Assembly (NCBI GenBank): GCA_951406725.2
Contig: OX597815.1
Coordinates: 13,020,001 to 13,084,000, forward strand
Direction: 5' to 3'
DNA length: 64,000 nucleotides
Origin: Octopus vulgaris
Lineage: Eukaryota
Under the pieces are notes generated by a model that had not been told where the DNA came from, ran no database searches, and worked only from the letters and a program-made list of their open reading frames with translations. This document shows positions 54,035 to 64,000 of this stretch, piece by piece (positions within the stretch are counted from its first letter, which is position 1; each line of letters begins with the position of its first letter). A program made the translations under genes and the position numbers.

Positions 54035-54190
54035 CGACAGGCTTCTTTCAGTTTCCGTCTACCAAATCCACTCACAAGGCATTGGTCGGCCCGGGGCTAT
54101 AGCAGAAGACACTTGCCCAAGATGCCACGCAGTGGGACTGAACCCGGAACCATGTGGTTGGTTAGCAAGCTACTTACCACACAGCCACTC
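53799..54190 (-). mobile_element. SINE family A copy
   Basis: Reverse-complement copy. Confidence 0.92.
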
Positions 54191-54445
54191 GTGAATGAAT
54201 TTAAACGATATTTTAATGTTCAAATTTGTTCCGTATTTATTTGCTTCTCCAATGGTTTATCGATCAGTTGGACTGTTCTTTTCTTTTTTTTATGGCAATA
54301 AAATTTAAACAAGTATCTTCTATGATTTTAGTTTGGGAAAGAAACAAATCTTGCATTTATGAGAATCTTCATTGAACACATAAGCCCCTGTTGTTTATTC
54401 TAGGCAAGTTGTATAGGCATATGTTCGTGTGTGAGTATAACGTTG

Positions 54446-54591
54446 GCGAGCTGGCAGAAACGTTAGCACGCCGGGCGAAATGCGTAGCCGTATTTCGTCT
54501 GCTGTTACGTTCTAAGTTCAAATTCCGCCGAGGTCGACTTTGCCTTTTATCCTTTCGGGGTCGATTAAATAAGTACCAGTTACGCACTGGG
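54446..54591 (+). mobile_element. 3'-truncated SINE family C between 35-bp direct repeats
   Basis: Identical 35-mers at 54411-54445 and 54592-54626. Confidence 0.9.
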
Positions 54592-54997
54592 GTATAGGCA
54601 TATGTTCGTGTGTGAGTATAACGTTGATATACAGATAGGGACGCAAATATTTCTTAAATGTATCTCAGTGAATTTATTCGAAAGTACGATTTTGTGAGTT
54701 CGATATATGCGTATAAATTATTCAAATTTCCACGTAGTCAACTTTACCTCCTGATTATTAAAAGATCGTGTGTTTCGAAGGATTTTCAGTTGAATAGCTG
54801 GATTGAGTTGAATTTTGTTTCTTCGGCTACTGAATGGCCAAGGTTATGAAAGCAAAAAAGTCTACCTACAGCCTGTGTCCATACAGATATCATACGTAAC
54901 TATACTCAGAACATGGATGTCATTAAATGAAATATTTGTGATGCATACTAATGAGAGTCCTTACATATTTGAATTTTTGATCTACACAGTCTTCCAA

Positions 54998-55443
54998 GGT
55001 ACTACTAGCGAACAGTGATCCCAGTGCGCGCACTCGCGCATCCACGCATCCACGCTAGCTAGTCGTAAGTAGTCGATCCTACAACGACTTGCGTGTATGT
55101 TTGTATTTCAAGGCTGAATACATATCAAAGAAAATTAAATAATATTTTTAGAACAAAGTAAATAATTGTTTAAACTAAGTAAATGAATTATTTTTTAAAA
55201 CAATGTATATAATTTTTTTACACAAATTAAATATTTTTCGAACAAGTTAAATAAAACGCAAAGTAAATAATTGTTTAAACTCAGTAAATAAATTATTTTT
55301 ATAAACAAACTAAGGTTATGGTTTGGGTTAAAAATTTAGGTTTAGGGTTAGGGTTAAAAAGTCGTTGTAGAATCGACTACTTACGACTAGCTAACACGGA
55401 TGGGCGAGTGCGCGCACCGGGACCACTGTTCGCTAGTAGTACC
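54998..55443. mobile_element. MITE with about 90-bp TIRs and 9-bp TSD (Mutator-like or Merlin-like)
   Basis: GGTACTACTAGCGAACAGTG.../...CACTGTTCGCTAGTAGTACC; TSD GTCTTCCAA at 54989-54997 and 55444-55452. Confidence 0.92.
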
Positions 55444-55825
55444 GTCTTCCAATTTATTTTAGGCACATAAAAACAAAAAAAATTAGTGTTACAACAGTAT
55501 ATTACAAAAACATTTTTCTTAAGCAGTGATAGTAAGCGATCTTAAATATCGCATTGAAATGTTTCAAATATCAGGTTAATACAACTATAACATATATTCC
55601 TACAAGTTTCCGTCACTTCTTGTGCTGTTTTGGTTGCTTCAATAACTTTAACTGAATACATGCGTTCGTCTAATTACATAGTTTTCGTTTCTTTATATCC
55701 AATGAGATTAAATTACATCTTTTTCGTGAAGTCCAAATTTTGTTACCCACTTTATAATCAGACTCTTATATAATTACCATTGTTAAATCCATATACTGTC
55801 TACGCAGGTAATTTTAATGATCTAT

Positions 55826-56247
55826 TACTCTCTTACTCTTTTACTTGTTCCAGTCATTTGACTGCGACCATGCTGGAGCACCGCCTTTAGTCGAGCAAAT
55901 CGACCCCGCGACTTATTCTTTGTAAGCCCAGTACTTATTCTATCAGTCTCTTTTGCCGAACCGCTAAGTGACGGAGACGTAAACATACTAGCATCGGTTG
56001 TCAAGCAATGCTAGGGAGACAAACACAGACACACAAACACACACACACACACACATATATACATATATATATATACATATATACGACATGCTTCTTTCGG
56101 TTTCCATCTACCAAATCCACTCACAAGGCATTGGTCGGCCCGGGGCTATAGCAGAAGACACTTGCCCAAGATGCCACGCAGTGGGACTGAACCCGGAACC
56201 ATGTGGTTGGTTAGCAAGCTACTTACCACACAGCCACTCCTGCGCCT
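55826..56247 (-). mobile_element. SINE family A copy
   Basis: Full-length reverse-complement copy. Confidence 0.92.
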
Positions 56248-56661
56248 ATTCTACATAGTACATACATTTATTTCCTCAATATACAGAAAGTGCCTGATTG
56301 CTTCCCCACCGCATATGCTATGGGTAAAGATGTTCCACCAAAGTCCACATTAATTTAATACACTAGGTACGTCTTAAGGCACAATGCACAACACGAATGA
56401 AGAAAACAATTCGTGGATCAGTATTCACATGTGTAGAATATGACCAGGTGTTCTCTGTCAGTTAATATTTGCCATTATTAGGACCTTCATTTACCTGTTG
56501 GTGTCAGCTCTGTTGATTACTAAACCTTGTTAAACTAGCTACTGCAGAATCACTTCTAAGTTTCAGGATTTTTTTTCTCCTCGTAGGCATATTTTTATAG
56601 CTAAATCTTGTATACATAGAAATGCATTTCTTGACTGTATAAATTTAGGTCGCGTAGATAT

Positions 56662-56902
56662 TATATATCTCTTTACTGCTCAGAAGGGGCTAAACATAGA
56701 GGGGACAAACAAGGGCAGACGAAGGGATTGAGCCGATTATATCGCACCCAGTGCGAAACTGGTACTTTATTTATCGACCCCGAAAGGACGAAAGGCAAAG
56801 TTGACCTCGGCGGAATTTGAACTCAGAACGTAACGACAGACGAAATACCGCTAAGCATTTCGACCGGCGCGCTAACGTGTCTGCCAGCTCGCCGCCTTAA
56901 CG
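56662..56902 (-). mobile_element. SINE family C with 16-bp TSD
   Basis: TSD TAGGTCGCGTAGATAT at 56646-56661 and 56903-56918. Confidence 0.9.
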
Positions 56903-57097
56903 TAGGTCGCGTAGATATCATAGGCTTCGAAATACAACTGATACCTCGCTATCCGGTCTCCTTTGTTATAGATTCAGTTTAAAATTTCGTGACAGATACA
57001 ACAAATATATTTTTGAATATTTATTTATTTCTACTGTTCTATGTTTTAGACTGAGGAATTACGTACAATATTTAGATTGGACGTTTCGGCTGATAAG

Positions 57098-57190
57098 TCA
57101 GTTAGTTAGTTAGTTAGTTTATTTTTGGCTCAAAAAGCAAAAAGCAAGGCCATGTAGGGGACATGGAGTTATGTACAGGGTGGTGTTCAT
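57098..57190 (-). mobile_element. CR1-like LINE extreme 3' tail
   Basis: Matches 26692-26774 including the (GTTA)n tail. Confidence 0.85.
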
Positions 57191-57202
57191 AAATAAAGGT
57201 TT

Positions 57203-57310
57203 CGGTTCGAAATTCCACTAGGATATCTGATGAAGACTGGCGAGTATATCAGCCGAAACGGTGTGATAATAGCAAACGAGGTGAGGACACCTATCCGTCA
57301 ATGTAAATAT
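57203..57310 (+). mobile_element. HHR-bearing tail of the tRNA-(AAT)n-HHR element
   Basis: CTGATGA (57227-57233)...CAGCC-GAAA-CG; homologous to 60140-60310 and 60568-60697. Confidence 0.75.
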
Positions 57311-57635
57311 TATTTATTACTATCTTCAATTTCATTGTTGAATTCTATGGTTGTAAAAATATGTTCCGCAGAAAAGCTTGGTTTAGAAATTTGCACTCTT
57401 AGAATTTCATGTCTGTAAATCTTGCTTATCCTCTATATATTCTTCTGCGTACATTATCTAAATCGAATATTTTTTCAAGAACTACTCTAAATCCTAATGC
57501 TGGGATTTCAAAGTTTTTTTCCTTTTTGATTATCTGTTACGAAAACATGTTTTCGTCTTTTCAAAAACGAAGTTTGACTATTTTATCGCAAAATATGTTG
57601 ATGGTACCACGATCACCGTCTCTACCGCAACCACA

Positions 57636-58345
<710 letters not shown>

Positions 58346-58349
58346 TTAG

Positions 58350-58540
58350 AAATTTTGTTACAAGTTCAGCAATTTCGTGAATGGTGGCAATCGAATACCT
58401 CGACCCCTGTGCTCAACTTATTTTATCGATCCTGAAAGGAAGAAATGTAAGTTGACGAGGGTGGAATTTGTCTCAGAACAAGAAAACGGATGAAATGTCA
58501 CGAAATATTTTGCCCGGAGCGGTAACTATGCTGCCAGCAG
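58350..58540 (-). mobile_element. Degenerate SINE family C
   Basis: CGACCCC...TTTTATCGATCCTGAAAGGA...GGAATTTG.CTCAGAAC. Confidence 0.7.
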
Positions 58541-60139
58541 AATAAAATCTAATAATACCAACAAATATCTCATTGTTATAGAGGTACATTATCGTCTGTT
58601 AGCAATGATTTACCGATCAGGATCTAATAACGTACCTGGCGGTCGGTCCCTGACAGCACTAACTGACCTATAGCTCTAAAATCCTCATTAATGTTTGTTG
58701 CCATTCTCCGACTTGTCAATCTGTAATTTTCATCCCCATAAATTGTCCCTTAGTAATTCTCTGATGCTTTGTAGGAGCCATTTTTAAAACATTTCTTTTC
58801 TGTTATCTGACATTGATGGCATTATACCCGTTATATTATGCATTTGACATTCTTCTACTTCAAGCTTTTACATTATGGTCTAAAACCTGGTCACAGCAAA
58901 ATAAAGTGGCTATTTGTACTTTGCAGATTTTCATTGCATTCTACTTTGCTTCATGCATTTGGTAGATTCTTGTGACTTGCACTACAAGGGAAAATTATTT
59001 CATTTATATTTTGAGTTGTCGAAGGAACTCAATATGGTGATATATCTTGAAGTAAATCTGTTACTTTCACTTACTCCGTGCATTAGTGAAGGGATTTCTC
59101 ATATGTTATATAGCTTTAGTCTGACATTCAGTTTCCCATTATGAGATTAGGTGCTGTATTTTTTTAAATATGTTCTTTTCTATTCTTTGTCTTCTTTCAC
59201 AAATCTCCGTTTCCTTAATGTCGTTTTGTATTATGCGCCATCTGAAGATACAAAGGAATCTATATTTATTTCTTCAATTTTAACGGTTTGATGTTTCCTA
59301 TTTATTTTAAGCTATCATATCTCAAATGCAATAGCAAATATGTAATAATGATCTTCGAGTTATTGACAGCTGCAGCAACACTAATTTCTTCAGAAATATA
59401 TGAGTACCTATCTTGCATTGCTCCTACAGTCGGTATCAAGCTGTACCAAAATCTAATTAAGACTAAGGCAGCTAGAAAGCAAGCTGTCTTAAATTCTGTA
59501 TGAAACTATAACATTTCTTCTTAATCAGTTTCTTATACTTCCATATTGTAGTTTACATAGTTTCTTTATTCCTAACCATTTGTAAGAACGCTTTTCGTCT
59601 AATTCTCTTATTATTTCTTATCTAAAATGAGGTTAGTATTTGTAATTAATTTTACACTCTTTAACTTTGAAATACTTTCATACCACATTTCACGTGAATT
59701 TCTTTAGAAGTTCGTATTTAAGACGTTCTCTTAACTTGTAAGAAATTATCGTGCGTTGGATAAATGCTTTAGCGATCATGGAGTGGGAAAATTTTCTCCA
59801 ATCACATTGAGCTGATCGAAATCTTTTCATTGAAATTTTGTATACGCAAATTTTATGAACGTTGTCGAATAGACAGCATGGCTTCACACACATCATGTCC
59901 CTAATACTGTCGCTCTCTACGGTGCCAAACTCGTCTCTAACAATGTCACGCTGACTTTCTCTGAGAATGAACGTTTATGCATTATTGTACAACGACTACT
60001 CAGTCATACTATAATTCAGTGCCTACATAGATACTAGATCGAAGAAGTGGAAAATATATACTATCACAATGAACTGATGATCCAAAAGAGTCTGACGTTC
60101 CAAAATTGTTTTATAATGTCCTGTTATTCCTTGAGCTAT

Positions 60140-60310
60140 TAAAAATACCTTAGAAATGAGAAACCAGCTTCAAAATTTCCACAAGACGACTGATGAAGGC
60201 TGAGGGTATATCAGCGAAAAAGTTGTATGAACAACAAACAAGATGAGGACAAATATCCGTCAAATATACATAACGTACATAATTCCTGATCTCTTAAATA
60301 TAGAACTGTA
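60140..60310 (+). mobile_element. HHR-bearing tail of the tRNA-(AAT)n-HHR element
   Basis: AAAAATACCTTAG...CTGATGA-AGGCTG...CAGC-GAAA...GATGAGGACAAATATCCGTC. Confidence 0.8.
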
Positions 60311-60370
60311 ATATATATATTTAGAGCGGTCAGCTAAAAGTTTTTGAGCATTTTGATGTCGACATAAGTT

Positions 60371-60465
60371 CCTTGATTTTCCTGATGAGAAATCTGCATA
60401 ATGTACTCCTTATTCCTTCGGAATTAGGAATATGCAGCCTTCGAAACATATGTCGAGAATAAAGG
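60371..60465 (+). ncRNA. Type I hammerhead ribozyme, apparently intact
   Basis: Stem I CCTTGATTTTC/GAGAATAAAGG, CTGATGA 60382-60388, stem II GAA..CTGCATA/TATGCAG..TTC, GAAA 60443-60446, palindromic CATATG, GTC cleavage triplet. Confidence 0.8.
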
Positions 60466-60512
60466 ATATTTGTTAACTAGTCGTTCAACTCCATTCTTTC
60501 ATATACTTATAA

Positions 60513-60567
<55 letters not shown>

Positions 60568-60569
<2 letters not shown>

Positions 60570-60742
60570 CGGATATTTGTCCTCATCTTGTTTGTTGTTC
60601 ACACAACGCTTCCGCTGATATACACTCCAGCCTCCATCAGTCATCTTGGGGAAAGTTTGAACCTGGTTTCTCATTCCTAAGGTATTTTTCGATGTTCCTG
60701 TTGTTGTTGTTATTATTATTGTTATTGTTGTTGTTGTTGTTG

Positions 60743-60831
<89 letters not shown>

Positions 60832-60908
60832 GTTGTTATTGTTATTATTATCATTAATCTCGTCACTGCTTGGAATCGAACTTGGGATCTTAGGGTTAGT
60901 AGCCCGCG
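60568..60908 (-). mobile_element. Composite element: tRNA-like head, (AAT)n spacer, HHR-bearing tail
   Basis: Minus strand: truncated head with B-box AGTTCGATTCC (60862-60908), triplet spacer, tail (60568-60697), ending at (TA)n. Confidence 0.75.
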
Positions 60909-60977
60909 TCATATAGCGTAGTCGTTAAGAACTCGGGCTAGTAACACCAGGATTCCGAGTTCGATTTCCGACAGTGA

Positions 60978-60981
<4 letters not shown>
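60909..60981 (+). mobile_element. tRNA-like Pol III head, head-to-head with the minus copy
   Basis: A-box-like TAGCGTAGTCGTT, B-box-like GAGTTCGATTTC, then (AAT)n. Confidence 0.8.
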
Positions 60982-62017
<1,036 letters not shown>

Positions 62018-62019
62018 GA

Positions 62020-62550
62020 GGCTCTCATGGCTTCTGATCTTAACTGATTGGAAGTGTTATCATTTACGTTGTTTTGTCTTGGTATAAAAGATGGGCTACA
62101 GCAAATATTCTGCTCAATACCACAGATTTGCTTGTCAGTTGTTTGACCTTAACCAGTTGAGCATGTCCCTTAGTGGGTGACGATATGTGCATCTCTGATC
62201 GCGAGCAGAAGTAGTGGGGGAGCATCATAGCCATGTGTTGAGAGGGATTCTTTGGGGTTTGAATGATTCACCTCTGGAAACATGGGTGGTTCTTTCAACA
62301 TCCTTAAACAACCCTTATGCAGGGACCTTTTGAGCGGGATGGGCTACTCAACCTGAAGAAAATTCTAACTGGGCCCCACCTGCAAGGTCATGTGCTGTTT
62401 ATCTTGATATGAGACCACCATGTCGCGCACATATGGTTGTGATGCATGTGCCAGGTGTACCCTTATCAGACGAGTAGTCATAATGTGTATACTGGGCTTC
62501 GTATATTTTACCCCAGTGTCACTTTGATGACATGCTCTGCTCTCTCACTC
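62020..62550 (+). mobile_element. Second copy of the (TAA)n-embedded non-coding retroposon
   Basis: Reverse complement of 19740-20272; lacks about 25 nt at the 5' end. Confidence 0.88.
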
Positions 62551-62580
62551 AATAATAATCATAATAATAATAATAACAAT

Positions 62581-62655
<75 letters not shown>

Positions 62656-63196
62656 GAAAGAAGGTTTGAAAATGCAATTTAAAAGATGTTTATTTACTTT
62701 ACCGGTTTCACACTTTGGAAAAAGATTGTCAAAAGTAACATGTAGAAGTTTGGTTGCGTTAATTATTGGTTGTTGCAAATTGCTACATTACATATATACA
62801 GTCTTTGGTAACAGGGACGTGTTAAGGACATAAAAAAGTTCAACAAGTTCCTTAAAATATTGGGCACAAGAGATTACTACAGAAGTAATCGTTCTCAAGG
62901 ACATACTTAAGATAGTTTCCAGAAGGAATTGATATTGGTATTGTATCTGCATATTCAAACATGCACAGAATATTGGTTGACACAGAGTACTATAATCCAT
63001 ATAAATATACATTCTTTGGTGACAACAGTATGTTGAGAATATAAAAAAGTTTAACAAGCTCATTGAAATAATGGGCACAAAAGATTACAACAAATATATT
63101 ATACATCTCAAGATAATTTCCAGGAGGAATTATTAAAAAAGTTCAGTATACACGTACAGAATATTATGAGTTCAAAAAGATTTATATATATATATA

Positions 63197-63950
63197 CGAG
63201 GGGTGTATGAATAGTTTTGAGCCTAACCTAGAAATGACGCTGCTAGATAGCTGAAACAATTTGTTCTTGTAAGTACAGTCTTTTCGGAGTATTCTTGCTC
63301 ATTTTCATGAGTCTGACATTTTAAGTTTTTTGTTGTTGCAGATTTTTGAATAAACAAGTGTCGAGGTTACAAGGAAAATGGAGAAAATTAAGTATCGTGC
63401 TGTCATAAAGTACCTTCATTTGAAAGGCATGACTCCATCAGAATTCCATGAAGATATGGTAAGAACCTTAACAGAAAATGCCCCTTCCTACGCAACAGTC
63501 AAACGCTGGTTAAATGAAATCCAGTGTGGCAGGGTGAGTGTGAAAGATGATCCCTGACCAGGGAGACCTCCAACTACAACCACCAAGGTCAACCTTGATC
63601 TTGCTTTTGGTATGATAATGCAAGATCATCGAATATCATGTCGCCAGATAGCTGAGAGACTGGGCATCTCGACTGAAAGAGCAGACAACATTGTGACAAA
63701 AGAACTTGGGTTCTCAAAGGTTTCTGCAAGGTGGGTCTCTCGCCTTTTGAATCCAAACAGAAACGCACCAGGTGGACTTTGTCCACGAGAAATCTGGAAC
63801 TGTTTGAAGCCGAGGAAGATAATTTTCTTGTTCGTTTCATTATTATGGACGAAAGCTGGGTTCAAAGAACAATCAGAGCAGTGGAAGCACATATCTTTTT
63901 CTACCCAAAAGAAGGCCAGGGTCATTCCTTCAGCTAGCAAGGTCATGGCG
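63197..63950 (+). mobile_element. Mariner transposase pseudogene, 5' part with left TIR
   Basis: TA-CGAGGGG TIR; ATG 63378 MEKIKYRAVIKYLHLKG...ATVKRW...DDP*PGRP...ARWVSRLL...MDESWV; stop and frameshifts. Confidence 0.92.
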
Positions 63951-64000
63951 CCACCGAGCTGGCTAAGCAGAAGAAAGAGTGAGAGAAGGTTGCGGCAAAA

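Noticed and set aside
55311-55356. True telomere or chromosome-fusion scar
   Set aside because: Only a few degenerate units, and they lie inside a TSD-flanked MITE
60909-60981. Functional tRNA gene
   Set aside because: A/B-like boxes are present, but there is no convincing acceptor stem or oligo-T terminator and it runs into (AAT)n; a SINE head

Overview
AT-rich, microsatellite-saturated animal genomic DNA. The SINE families resemble those I recall from octopus/coleoid cephalopods; this is recognition, not a database result. No intact protein-coding gene is supportable: the long ORFs are triplet-repeat artefacts and the protein-like ORFs are transposon relics. The window is a dense mosaic of about five tRNA-derived SINE families, relic LINEs (RTE, R4/Dong, CR1-like, Tx1/L1-like), Penelope-like elements (PLEs), mariner/Tc1 relics, a non-autonomous Helitron and two TSD-flanked MITEs. 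The most striking unannotated signal is a set of type I hammerhead-ribozyme (HHR) modules from several unrelated sequence families. They sit in or beside (TA)n tracts, often as fold-back palindromes. Two have apparently intact cores (60371-60465, 4241-4316). One family is fused to a tRNA-like Pol III head through an (AAT)n spacer, suggesting a PLE-dependent, ribozyme-bearing SINE. That spacer appears to have been colonised in turn by TAA-targeting retroelements.
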